Assembly: GCA_023269675.1 (NCBI GenBank)
Contig: JAHFSX010000008.1
Location: forward strand, 85,999-149,998
DNA: 64,000 nt
Direction: 5' to 3'
Source of the DNA: Verrucomicrobiota bacterium
GTDB taxonomy: Bacteria; Verrucomicrobiota; Kiritimatiellia; RFP12; UBA1067
Shown: positions 54,285 through 63,411 of the stretch, in pieces
Numbering within the stretch: position 1 is the first letter of the stretch
Layout of the letters: each line of letters starts with the position of its first letter
Notes under the pieces: model-generated
What the model was told of the DNA's origin: nothing
Seen by the model: only the letters and a program-made list of their open reading frames with translations
Databases searched by the model: none
Position numbers and translations under genes: made by a program

Positions 54285-56540
54285 TCAATTCCCACGTATG
54301 ACTTCCGTCCGGCCCTTGAACACGATCACGATCCGCTTATTCCCGCCTTGAGCTGTCACTTCTTTGACCGCGGCCTGGTTGAGCGACGCCCCTTCGATGA
54401 GACCGGCCGGCAACACCAGCGTCCGCCGTTGCTCACGGTCCGCATCGCCCGGCAGTAGCATCAGCCGCGCGAGCCGCCCGCCCTTGACCTCAACCTCTAC
54501 GGCGAGGTTGCCGTGACACGCGAGCTTGAACGCGTAATCCTTCCACGTCTCGGGCACGCCACCCGCGATCAGGATCCGCTCTTCCCGGCTCTGCACCAGC
54601 ATCTGGTTCAACGCGTACACGACGTTCCCCGACGCGGTCGCGAACCACGGGGTCCGCGACACCTTGGCCTCGTTGATCTCGAACATCTCGCCGAAGCAGC
54701 CCGCGCCGGAGGCCGCCTCGTCCAGCAGCTTGCCCGGCTCCGTCTTGTCGCCCAGCTCAGCCAGCGCCGCGGCCATCCACCCCAGATACCACGCGCACAC
54801 CGACTGCCCCATCTGGTACATGTTGCCGAAGGCCCGGCCGTTCTGCACGTAATGATAGACCGCGTTGCGCTGGCGCACCTCCGTCTCATCGAACACCGGA
54901 TACGGGAAGAGCCCGCCCAGCGAGGCCACGCTCTCGTCCGTGCAGCCCGCATACGGAACGTACCGGTCGCCCTCGACCGGCAGCGACGCGCGCAGCTTCG
55001 CGGCCGCCCGGTCCCAGGCCGCGGCTTCCGCGCCGTCCGCCTTGAGCACTGAGGCCGCCCGCGCCGCAGCCTCCAGCGTGTAGATCGCGCCGCAGGAGGT
55101 CATGAACGGGTTGATCCTCGCGGGACCCAGCCGCTCCAGGTCGGTGCACTTGCCGATGAACATCCCGCCGTCCGGGGACTCGTACACCATATTGGCGAGA
55201 AAAAAGCGCGCGCACTCCTTGATCACCGGGTAGCCCGTCTTCGCCAAGTAGTCCGCGTCGTCCGTGTATTGGTACTGATACCACGCCGCCAGCGCGATGT
55301 TGGACATGTGGAACACGTGCTCCATCCAGAATCCGGGCGGCGCGGCCTCGGCCCCGTCCTCCAGCGTCTCCCACGGATAACGCGCGCCGTACGTCCCCGC
55401 CTTGCCGTAGTGGGCGGCACGGTAGAGCGCCGTCTTCAGCCCCGCGAAGCGGAACTCGGGGCCGCGCCGCGCGATGTCGCGGTGGTTGCTGCTGACCAGC
55501 GCCTGATAGCAGAACATCTCGTCCCAGCCGAAGAAACGGCCCGCCCAGTGCGAATTGAAGATGCCGACCGGGAACGACCACCGGGTCGCGTTGGCCCGCA
55601 GGTGGTACTGCGCCGTGCAGTAGGCGGTCTCCAGCTTGGCGTCCGGCAGATGCACGTACGACTCGGCCCAATACGCGCCCCACGCTTTCTGATGGCCGGC
55701 GAACAAGCCGTCATAGCCCTCTTTTAGCGCGGCCGCCTGCAAGCTCGCCGCCCGTCCGCCAAAATCCTTGCCGTCCAGCGAGTCCTCGAAAAGGAGGAAG
55801 AATGTCACCTCGGCCGGCTTGCCCGCTTCGAGCGCGAACTCGGAAGTCAACGCGGCGGCCTGACCGTCGACGGCGGCCGTCACCGGTTTGTCCGCGAAGA
55901 CCGCAATCATGCCATCGCTGGGCCGATGGGCGTCCGCTTGGAAACGGTACTCCGCGCGCCTGTGCGCCTCGTTCCACGCGCACGCGCTGACCACGCGCTT
56001 CGGCGGCTTGTTGGCGCTACCCTGCGGCGTGAAGCGGTAGTTGAATGTCACCCGGGCCGAACGGACCGCGGCACGGCTGGATGAAACGCGTTTTTTGATC
56101 ACGACCAGATCGCGGGAGAGCGGCGTGAATACGGAGGTCTCGACCACCAGGCCGTTGCCGTACTCGTTGCGGCAGGTCACCCGCGCCGACTTCGTATCGA
56201 GCGTCTGCGTCCAGCTGGACGGCACCGCCAGTTTCTGGCCGTCGGCGAACACGTCGGTCTCGAAATGGCCGAAGGGGATAAGCTGGTCGTTCGGCGGTCC
56301 GTAGCGCCGTCCCTCCCAAAAGATGGTCGGCGTCATGTTGACATAGCTGCACTGGGCCTGGCCGCCCAGATAATCGACCAGCATGCAGAGGCTGCCGTTG
56401 CTGACCAGCGGCGGCACATAGCCTTCCGGAATGGCGTTCGTCGCACCGCCAACCGTATTCAGATGCGCGGAAACGGCGTCTGCAAATCCCCCTGCCGACG
56501 CCAGCGCCAAACACAAGACTAGACTCCATCCCCTGACCAT
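54285..56540 (-). CDS. Putative six-hairpin (alpha/alpha)6-barrel glycoside hydrolase (GH65/GH95-like architecture)
   Basis: ORF 54285..56558; start placed at MVRGWSLVLCLALASAGGFADA; N-terminal beta-sandwich + long helical C-terminal region; family not resolved from sequence alone. Confidence 0.6.
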   Translation of the reverse strand: MVRGWSLVLCLALASAGGFADAVSAHLNTVGGATNAIPEGYVPPLVSNGSLCMLVDYLGGQAQCSYVNMTPTIFWEGRRYGPPNDQLIPFGHFETDVFADGQKLAVPSSWTQTLDTKSARVTCRNEYGNGLVVETSVFTPLSRDLVVIKKRVSSSRAAVRSARVTFNYRFTPQGSANKPPKRVVSACAWNEAHRRAEYRFQADAHRPSDGMIAVFADKPVTAAVDGQAAALTSEFALEAGKPAEVTFFLLFEDSLDGKDFGGRAASLQAAALKEGYDGLFAGHQKAWGAYWAESYVHLPDAKLETAYCTAQYHLRANATRWSFPVGIFNSHWAGRFFGWDEMFCYQALVSSNHRDIARRGPEFRFAGLKTALYRAAHYGKAGTYGARYPWETLEDGAEAAPPGFWMEHVFHMSNIALAAWYQYQYTDDADYLAKTGYPVIKECARFFLANMVYESPDGGMFIGKCTDLERLGPARINPFMTSCGAIYTLEAAARAASVLKADGAEAAAWDRAAAKLRASLPVEGDRYVPYAGCTDESVASLGGLFPYPVFDETEVRQRNAVYHYVQNGRAFGNMYQMGQSVCAWYLGWMAAALAELGDKTEPGKLLDEAASGAGCFGEMFEINEAKVSRTPWFATASGNVVYALNQMLVQSREERILIAGGVPETWKDYAFKLACHGNLAVEVEVKGGRLARLMLLPGDADREQRRTLVLPAGLIEGASLNQAAVKEVTAQGGNKRIVIVFKGRTEVIRGN

Positions 56541-56752
56541 GGCTCCCCCGTTTGTCATCTCACAACCATGGAACCACTATAGGTGTTCCTCCACCGGCAA
56601 GCAACCTCGATAATGCGAACTCAACCCTCGATTTCACGAACTTCCAAAGCGCCCTCTCGCGTTTCAGACGCCAGCCGGCAAGCACCCGCCGCAACGGCCA
56701 AGCGCCTTCGCCACGACCGTGCGGTCCGTTCATCGCGCGCCCGACCGGGCCC

Positions 56753-58570
56753 TTATTGAATTTCCTTCAGCAGCACGCAGGCGCCGCCGCCGGGCGCGAG
56801 CTTCACGCGGAGCGCGTCGGCGCGCGTCACGGCGCGCGTCACCGCCGTGTAGCTCTCCTTGTGGGTCCGGTAGTCCGAGTCGGCGCCGTCCCCCAGCACG
56901 AGCGCCTCATAGCGGCCCTCGCCGAGGAAAGAGAGCGGGATGTCGAGCTCGCGCGGATCCTCGTTCGTCGCGGCGCCCACCAGCCATGCGCCGTCCGCCG
57001 CCTGCCGGGCCATGACGATGTGCTCGCCGATCACGCCGCTCAGCGTCCGGCTCTCGCGCCACGGCTGCTTCTCGGCGGCAATGAACTGGAGGAGTTCCGG
57101 ATGCTTCCGGTAATTCTCCGGGATGTCGGGGATGACCGTCGCGCCCGAGAACACGATCAGCGTGCGGGCCGCCTCGCCCGCCAGCGTCGACGGCACCGGC
57201 TGCGCCTGGTCCACGCGCCCCGCCTGCGTCAGGTCGGCCAGCCCGTTGTTCATGTCGATGGGGCCGGAGAGCATGTTGACGAAGACCGTCGTCACGAACG
57301 TCTTGGGCTGGAACACGCGGTGCGCGTCGAGCTGCGCGTGGCACAGCTCGCGCGTCACGGCGTTCGGCCACGTGCGCATCTGGCCGTACGGGTGCACCGG
57401 GCCGTCGTGGAAATCGCAGAGCAGCCTGTTCTTCGCGCACAGCTCGGTGATGAGCCGCGTCCGCTCGTTCTTCTCCTGCGGGGTGCCCTTCATGAAACCG
57501 TACTTGATCCCCGCCGCGCCCCACTCACCGTAGTTCTTCAACGTCTGGTCGATCGGATAGCCCCTTCCCGCGACATCGTTCAGATAGAGCCAGATGCCCA
57601 CGTGCTTCTGCTTGGCATAGACGATCAGCTTCCGCGCGTCGCCCGCATAGCCGCCCTTGGTCGGATCGGACTCCTTGCTGAACTCCTTGCCGTACCAGTC
57701 GGCGTCGAGCACCAGATAGCGGATGTTGTTCTCCGCCGCAAAGTCCACCATCCGCACCCACGAAGGATACGACATCTCGTACTTGAAGCCGTCCCCCTGC
57801 GCGCCGTTGATGCGCCAGTCCCACACCGCCACGCCCGGCTTCACCCACGAGAAGTCCAGACCTTCCGCCGGCGGCGGGTTAAGCAGCTCGATCAGGTGGG
57901 AATCCACGAGCGCGCCCGGCTTCCGCCCGAACAGGAGCACGCGCCAGGCCGCGCTCGGCTTCGACGCGAGGCTGAAAGCGGTCTCGCCCTTTTTGGTCTG
58001 CAGCGCGAGCGGGTCGCCGTCCCCCAGGTCCGCCTCGAGCACGGCGAGATAGGCGTCGTCCGCCGCCTTGACCGTCATCGGCGGCATCCGCTTGCCGTCG
58101 CTCTCCGAGAGCTTTTCCGGGCCGAGGTTATGATGCTCGCCGTTGTAGAACCACGCCGTGTAGTCGCCCGCGAAGCAGAACTGCGTGCGTTCCGCGCCCG
58201 AGCCGCCGAGGCAGCGGAACGCCACGCCGTCGTCGTACGCGCGCGCCACCAGCCGGTAGGCCGTCAGGTCAAGCGTCACCTCGTTGTAGCGCTCCGGCAC
58301 GCTGGCGCGCTTGCCCCACACCGGCTTCCAGACCGAGTCCGCCGAACGCCGCGCGACGCCGGCCAGCGCCCCGCCCTCGTAGCCGACCGGCGACGCCTGG
58401 ATCAGCGCCTTGCCGTCCGCCTGCAGCGAATACGACACCCGGCCGCCGTCGCACGCAAACGCGAGCGAGACCTTGCCGTCCGGCGACGTCACCCCCACCG
58501 GCGCCGCCATCACCGACCATCCGCACGCCGCAACCGCCGCCAGCCAACCGATTCTACCCGTCATACGCAT
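56753..58570 (-). CDS. Glycoside hydrolase family 97 (alpha-glucosidase/alpha-galactosidase-type)
   Basis: 605 aa; signal; N-terminal GVTSPDGKVSLAFACDGGRVSYSLQADGKALI matches the GH97 N-domain pattern (SPDG.L...F.L...G...Y.V); TIM-barrel core YLVLDADWYG; strong RBS AGGGAGG before ATG. Confidence 0.7.
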   Translation of the reverse strand: MRMTGRIGWLAAVAACGWSVMAAPVGVTSPDGKVSLAFACDGGRVSYSLQADGKALIQASPVGYEGGALAGVARRSADSVWKPVWGKRASVPERYNEVTLDLTAYRLVARAYDDGVAFRCLGGSGAERTQFCFAGDYTAWFYNGEHHNLGPEKLSESDGKRMPPMTVKAADDAYLAVLEADLGDGDPLALQTKKGETAFSLASKPSAAWRVLLFGRKPGALVDSHLIELLNPPPAEGLDFSWVKPGVAVWDWRINGAQGDGFKYEMSYPSWVRMVDFAAENNIRYLVLDADWYGKEFSKESDPTKGGYAGDARKLIVYAKQKHVGIWLYLNDVAGRGYPIDQTLKNYGEWGAAGIKYGFMKGTPQEKNERTRLITELCAKNRLLCDFHDGPVHPYGQMRTWPNAVTRELCHAQLDAHRVFQPKTFVTTVFVNMLSGPIDMNNGLADLTQAGRVDQAQPVPSTLAGEAARTLIVFSGATVIPDIPENYRKHPELLQFIAAEKQPWRESRTLSGVIGEHIVMARQAADGAWLVGAATNEDPRELDIPLSFLGEGRYEALVLGDGADSDYRTHKESYTAVTRAVTRADALRVKLAPGGGACVLLKEIQ

Positions 58571-58675
58571 GTCCTCCCTTAGACTTAGCTTGCATCATCG
58601 CGAAAATGCGCGCCGGAATCAAGCGCTTACTCGCACCCGGGTCTGATTCAACTTCGTTGAATCCACACCCGGAGG

Positions 58676-58890
58676 AGGAGTTAGGATTTAGGAGTTAGGA
58701 ATTGCAATGCCATGGCCGCGAACGTGTTCGTACCCTGCTCGAGAGTCCGTGTTCGTGTCTTCAAAATGAGGTCAAACGTATGGCCTCAAGAAACGGTTGT
58801 TCGCGGAAGGGTTCCGCCTTGTCGAACGCCCTGTTTTCAGGGCCTTCCGCGCTTCCAACTCCTCAATCCTAACTCCTGAATGCTCCTTAG
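58676..58890. repeat. Inverted-repeat element in the GH97 5' region: 25-bp arms of tandem AGGAGTTAGGA units flanking a 163-bp core
   Basis: Left arm aggagttaggatttaggagttaggaa (58676-58701); right arm rc ttcaggagttaggattgaggagttggaa (58863-58890), ~23/25 identical; core has direct repeat cgtgttcgt x2 (58722-58730, 58748-58756); adjacent perfect hairpin gattcaac-ttc-gttgaatc (58645-58663). Confidence 0.55.
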
Positions 58891-59000
58891 CCTTCCCCGC
58901 CCTGTCGAACAGCCGAGCCCCCGTCCCTCCGCGACGCCCCCAGCTACGAAAAAAGGGACCTGCCCGGTTGGGCAAGTCCCTCGTGCGTGCGGGAACGGCG

Positions 59001-60389
59001 CTACACCGTGATCTCTTTCAGCTCCCAGCCCTTGCGGAAGAGGGGCTTGACGAAGGCGTTGGCCTTCTCGTTGTTGGTGAAGCGCATGTTCTTGGAGTCC
59101 CACAGGAGCTTCTCGTTCGGGAAGCGCCAGCAGATCGTGCCCAGCAGCATCCACTCCGTGTAAGGCGCGGAGATGCTGAAGTTCGAGCAGGCCGCGGGGC
59201 CGCCCTTGCACGCGCGGATCCAGTCCTTGAAGTGGCCCGGCGAGCGCTCGATCAACTCGGGCGGACGCTTGTAGTCCTTCATCTTGGCCTCGGGAATCAG
59301 GCGCACGCCCTCGCCGCGGCCCGTAGTGCCCATGAACCCCTTGGTGCCGACGAAAATCTCGTTGTAGGGCTTGACATCCTCGCGCGTCAACCCTTCGGGG
59401 ACATTGAACTTGCTGCACATCTTGCCCTCGTACCAGTACACCGTCACGGGCGGCATCTTCCCGCCGGCGACGAACTTGTTCGGGCGCTCGCCGAACTCGA
59501 ACCGGCACGCGTAGTGCGGATAGGTCACGTCGTTGACCTCGTCGACCGCGATGCACTCCACGCTGAGCGGATCGGTCAGCTGCAGGCCCCAGTTGGCGGG
59601 ACCCATGATGTGGACGCCCCAGTCGCCGATCATCATCGTGCCGTAGTCCAGGAAGCCGCGCCACTGGATCGGAGCGATCTTGGCGCTGTACGCATGCATC
59701 GGCGCGCGACCGGTCCAGAGCTCCCAGTCGAGCGTGCGGGGCACATCCTCCCCGGTCGGCCACGCCTTGACGCCGCGCGCGAATCCGCCGCCGTTCATCC
59801 CGTGCACCTCTTTGATTTCGCCGAGGTCGCCGTTCCAGATCGTCTCGCTCGCGATCCGCGTGGCGGGATGCGAATAGCCCTGGTTGCCCATCTGCGTGGC
59901 GACCTTGTACTTCTGCGCGGCCTTGGCCAGCTGACGGCACTCCCAAATGGACTGCGCCAGCGGCTTCTGGCAGTGGACGTGCAGCCCGCGCTCCATCGCC
60001 CACAGCGCGACCGTCGCGTGCATGTGGTCGGGGATCGTGATGGTGATGCCGTCGAGGTTCTTGTACTCCTTGTCCAGCATCTCGCGGAAGTCGCGGTACT
60101 TCTTGGCCTGCGGATATTTCGCCGCGGACTTGTTCAAGAAGTTCTCGTCCACGTCGCAGATCGCGTAGATGTTCTCGCTGCTGACGTTGTTGACATCGCT
60201 CGCGCCCTGCATGCCGCCGACGCCGACGCAGCCGAGGTTCAGCTTCTCGCTCGGCGCCAGTTGCCCGGAGCGCGCGATGACGTGACGCGGCACGATGGAA
60301 AACAGCGCGCCCGCCGTGAGGGCCGAACCCAAGAAACCGCGCCGGGACAGGGGAGCAGCCCCTTTAACCTGTTGACTCATGGCTTTCAT
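59001..60389 (-). CDS. Gfo/Idh/MocA-family NAD(P)-dependent oxidoreductase with Tat signal peptide
   Basis: 462 aa; Tat motif SRRGFLGSALTAGA; Rossmann LNLGCVGVGGMQG; typical Gfo/Idh/MocA core. Confidence 0.85.
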   Translation of the reverse strand: MKAMSQQVKGAAPLSRRGFLGSALTAGALFSIVPRHVIARSGQLAPSEKLNLGCVGVGGMQGASDVNNVSSENIYAICDVDENFLNKSAAKYPQAKKYRDFREMLDKEYKNLDGITITIPDHMHATVALWAMERGLHVHCQKPLAQSIWECRQLAKAAQKYKVATQMGNQGYSHPATRIASETIWNGDLGEIKEVHGMNGGGFARGVKAWPTGEDVPRTLDWELWTGRAPMHAYSAKIAPIQWRGFLDYGTMMIGDWGVHIMGPANWGLQLTDPLSVECIAVDEVNDVTYPHYACRFEFGERPNKFVAGGKMPPVTVYWYEGKMCSKFNVPEGLTREDVKPYNEIFVGTKGFMGTTGRGEGVRLIPEAKMKDYKRPPELIERSPGHFKDWIRACKGGPAACSNFSISAPYTEWMLLGTICWRFPNEKLLWDSKNMRFTNNEKANAFVKPLFRKGWELKEITV

Positions 60390-60402
60390 CCTCCTTTACC
60401 GG

Positions 60403-61347
60403 TTACGCCAACGCCTGCTTGCAGAACTGGACGCACTTCGCGACCTCTTTGACCGCGTCGGAGTCTTTGGAAATCGCGTACTCCAGCTCGATGTCACCGA
60501 AGATCGGGAGCTTGTTTTTCTTGATGTACTGCAGCGCCGCCGGAACCGGCGTGTCACCCTGGCCGAACGGCAGGTTGGCGCCTTTGTTCGCCTTGTTCTT
60601 GCGGTCCTTGAGGTGCAGGCTGATGATCCTGTCATGGTATTTCTCGATCACCGCCAACACCGAGTCGTCGTTCGCGGCGGTGTAGTGGCCGATGTCAAGA
60701 TTGATCGCCAGGTTCTTGCCATAGGTCAGGATCGGACCGTCGTAGGTCGTCGCGTTGATCTGCATGTGGTTGTGGAACCCGATCAGAATCCCGTGCTTGT
60801 CCGCAACCGGGCCGAGGCGCTTGGCCGCGTTCTCGTCGATCTCGCGCGTGATGCCCTTGGCGCCGAGCGCCTTGGCCACGCGGAAGTAGTAGTCGATCTG
60901 ACCGTCGGACATGTCCTTGCCGCCGATGTCGCCGAACTTGACGATGTGGATGCCGACGCCCGCGTCCTGATACAGCTTGCGCAGCGCCTCAAACTTCTCC
61001 ATCGGCGCGGCGAGCCGCCAGTCGAGCATCGCCTTGACCTGCGCCGGATCCTTGGCGTTCCCGCCGGGGCAGCCCGCGAAACTCTCGGCCGTGTTGCCCA
61101 TCAGCTCGATCGAGTTGATGCCGCTCGCGACCACGTGCTTCAGCACCGACGCGGCGTCGCCCGGCATCGAACGGTAGCTGTAGGTGATGACACCGATCTG
61201 AACCCCGCCGAACAACGAATCCGGCTTGGCGTCCGCCCCGAAAACTTTGGCCGGAACCAGCGACGCGGCACCCACAGCCGCCATGCTCCCCAGAAACGAC
61301 CGACGTGACAACGATACCCCGTGACTCTGCATCATACGATCCCCCAT
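60403..61347 (-). CDS. Sugar-phosphate isomerase/epimerase (xylose-isomerase-like TIM barrel) with Tat signal peptide
   Basis: ORF 60403..61623; its first ~92 codons lie inside the MITE-like repeat; start placed at MGDRMMQSHGVSLSRRSFLGSMAAVGAASL (Tat); TIM-barrel motifs GFHNHMQ, IGHYTAAND; 13 bp upstream of the Gfo/Idh/MocA gene. Confidence 0.8.
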   Translation of the reverse strand: MGDRMMQSHGVSLSRRSFLGSMAAVGAASLVPAKVFGADAKPDSLFGGVQIGVITYSYRSMPGDAASVLKHVVASGINSIELMGNTAESFAGCPGGNAKDPAQVKAMLDWRLAAPMEKFEALRKLYQDAGVGIHIVKFGDIGGKDMSDGQIDYYFRVAKALGAKGITREIDENAAKRLGPVADKHGILIGFHNHMQINATTYDGPILTYGKNLAINLDIGHYTAANDDSVLAVIEKYHDRIISLHLKDRKNKANKGANLPFGQGDTPVPAALQYIKKNKLPIFGDIELEYAISKDSDAVKEVAKCVQFCKQALA

Positions 61348-61462
61348 GACTTCCGCTCCGTTTTGCGCCTCATTCTTTCGACCGTCACCACGGTCCCAAG
61401 ACAAGACGTATTGCGACATAGAATAGTGCTTACGTGGCCTTTTTTCAACACCGATGCTAAAC

Positions 61463-61785
61463 GGGCGCATCCCCGTTTCACTCACTACCCGCGCCCGGCG
61501 GTCGCGGGCCACCTTGCGCGGCACCTCTTTCAAGGGTGGTGCGCGACCTTGTCTCTCGGGCGCGGTTAGTGCCTTACGGCTCGACACCGACAATAAAAAA
61601 CACGTTGTTTTGTACCTGAACAAACCGCAGATTGACGAATGACGATTTGCGAATCATGAAGGAACGAGCTTCAATTGCGTGGAGGCAGCTCTACTTCGAC
61701 AATCTGTGGTTCAGTATTCGGCCATCTGCGGTTCAATTGGGTTGCGGGCTTTGCCCACGTTAGTCAATGAAACGGGGATGCGCCC
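61463..61785 (-). mobile_element. MITE-like element, copy 2 (323 bp, inverted relative to copy 1), same hairpin TIRs
   Basis: TIRs GGGCGCATCCCCGTTTCA (61463-61480) and TGAAACGGGGATGCGCCC (61768-61785); rc of 61565-61785 aligns at ~93% to 34668-34885; extra ~57 bp of divergent sequence next to the gene-proximal TIR; 115 bp upstream of the isomerase start. Confidence 0.7.
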
Positions 61786-61871
61786 GTTTGCGACGTGCGC
61801 GTAACCGGCGTCCCGCAAAATGAAAGGCACGCCGCGAAAAAAGTTCACACGCGCCGCCGGCACAGCCCGCC

Positions 61872-63329
61872 TCAATGATTCGCGGGCATGATCGAGAGCA
61901 GGCGCTTGTCCGTGATGAACGCCGGCGCGTCATAGACGGGCATGTCTTTGAAGGTGACCTTGCCCTCTGCGACCAGCACCTTCTCTTTGGGAATCTCATA
62001 GATCCCGCCCGTGATCGCATCCACCCAGACAGGCTCATTGAAGTCGCCTTTCGTGATGGTGAAGGTCGCGCTCACCGTGTCGTTGTGGTTCGACGGCACC
62101 ACGCTCCTGTCCCAGAACACGCACACCTGCTGACCGCTCTTGATGTCCTTGTGCCCGTAGACCGCCAGCGGACGGGCGCACTGCACCTCGCAAGGATAGT
62201 CCGGGATCAGTTCCAGGGCGTCGTTGAAGACCGAGACCACGTTCTGCACCGCGTAGTAGGCCATCTTCACTTTCAGGACCTTGTAGCCTTCCGCCGCCCC
62301 CGCCGTCTTGATCAGGCCGTAGCGCACCAGGCCGTTGTGGAACGAGGTCGTGCGGTAATCGAGATCGGCCGCCGTGAAAACCTCCGAGTCGGCGCCGTTC
62401 CCGATGTCGCCCAGCATGCGGCGCGTGTCCCACTTCGCCTGGGTCAGCTCGGTCCACGGATACTTGCTCAAAGCCCCGGAGGGGCACCATTCCGACTGCG
62501 TGCCGCACTCTCCCTGCCACAGCTTCAGGTTCGGCGCGTACTTGGAAACGATCTCCTTGGCTTTCAAGGCCGAGGCGTTATGGTCGTCCGGGTTCCGCGC
62601 GTACGCGTGGTAAACGACCCAGTGGAAAAGGTCCGGCTTGTTGCGCTCGGACAGCGTCTTGACAAAGTGTTCGACGTAATTGGTTTTCGGGGAACAGATC
62701 ACCAGCCCGCCGATGCGCGCGTCAGGAATCACGCGCTTGATGATCTCGGCCGTGCGGATGTCAAACTCGGTGACGCGCTCGGGCGTGTGCTCCTTGTGGC
62801 CGTCGGGCTCGTTCCACATGCTCCAGTCGCGGACCTTGCCCTTGTAGCGCTCCGCCATCTTTTCCACCCAGGTGTCCCACGCCTTCAGGCCCTCTTCGGA
62901 CTTCGGGAAGCCGCCCGACAGCGTGCGTCCGCCGCCGCCCGGATAGGCCGGGTTGCCGTAGCTGGTCTCCAGCCAGATCTCCATCCCGCGCGAGCGCGCG
63001 TCGTCGATGATGTGGTCCAGCCAGGCGAAATCATAGATGCCGGGGTCCTTCTCGGTCCGCGCCCAGCCGCCCTGCAGCCGGATGCGCTTGATCCCCAGCG
63101 CGGGCAGATATTCCTTGAACGCATCGTAGTCCGCGTACTCGCGGTCGATCGTCTCGCACCCGAGCGTCCAGCGCGACGAGCCGATCTCACTCACGCCCTT
63201 CGGCGCGAGGGTCCCGATGCGTTTCATCCCCGGGTCGAGCGTCGTCTGCACCCGCGTGTCCGTGTTGTCGATCACCTGGGCCGAAACCGCCGCCGCCCAT
63301 CCGAGAGCTACCGCCAGATATGCTTTCAT
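61872..63329 (-). CDS. Clan GH-A glycoside hydrolase (GH5/GH39-like)
   Basis: 485 aa; signal MKAYLAVALGWAAAVSAQ; acid/base motif WSMWNEPDGH; nucleophile motif LWQGECG. Confidence 0.7.
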   Translation of the reverse strand: MKAYLAVALGWAAAVSAQVIDNTDTRVQTTLDPGMKRIGTLAPKGVSEIGSSRWTLGCETIDREYADYDAFKEYLPALGIKRIRLQGGWARTEKDPGIYDFAWLDHIIDDARSRGMEIWLETSYGNPAYPGGGGRTLSGGFPKSEEGLKAWDTWVEKMAERYKGKVRDWSMWNEPDGHKEHTPERVTEFDIRTAEIIKRVIPDARIGGLVICSPKTNYVEHFVKTLSERNKPDLFHWVVYHAYARNPDDHNASALKAKEIVSKYAPNLKLWQGECGTQSEWCPSGALSKYPWTELTQAKWDTRRMLGDIGNGADSEVFTAADLDYRTTSFHNGLVRYGLIKTAGAAEGYKVLKVKMAYYAVQNVVSVFNDALELIPDYPCEVQCARPLAVYGHKDIKSGQQVCVFWDRSVVPSNHNDTVSATFTITKGDFNEPVWVDAITGGIYEIPKEKVLVAEGKVTFKDMPVYDAPAFITDKRLLSIMPANH

Positions 63330-63411
63330 TTTCTCTTTCCTCCCTCTTTCTCAACGCTTGCCTTTCGCCGGACCTTTTCGCAAATCGCACAGCCCGCCGT
63401 CAGAATAACGC

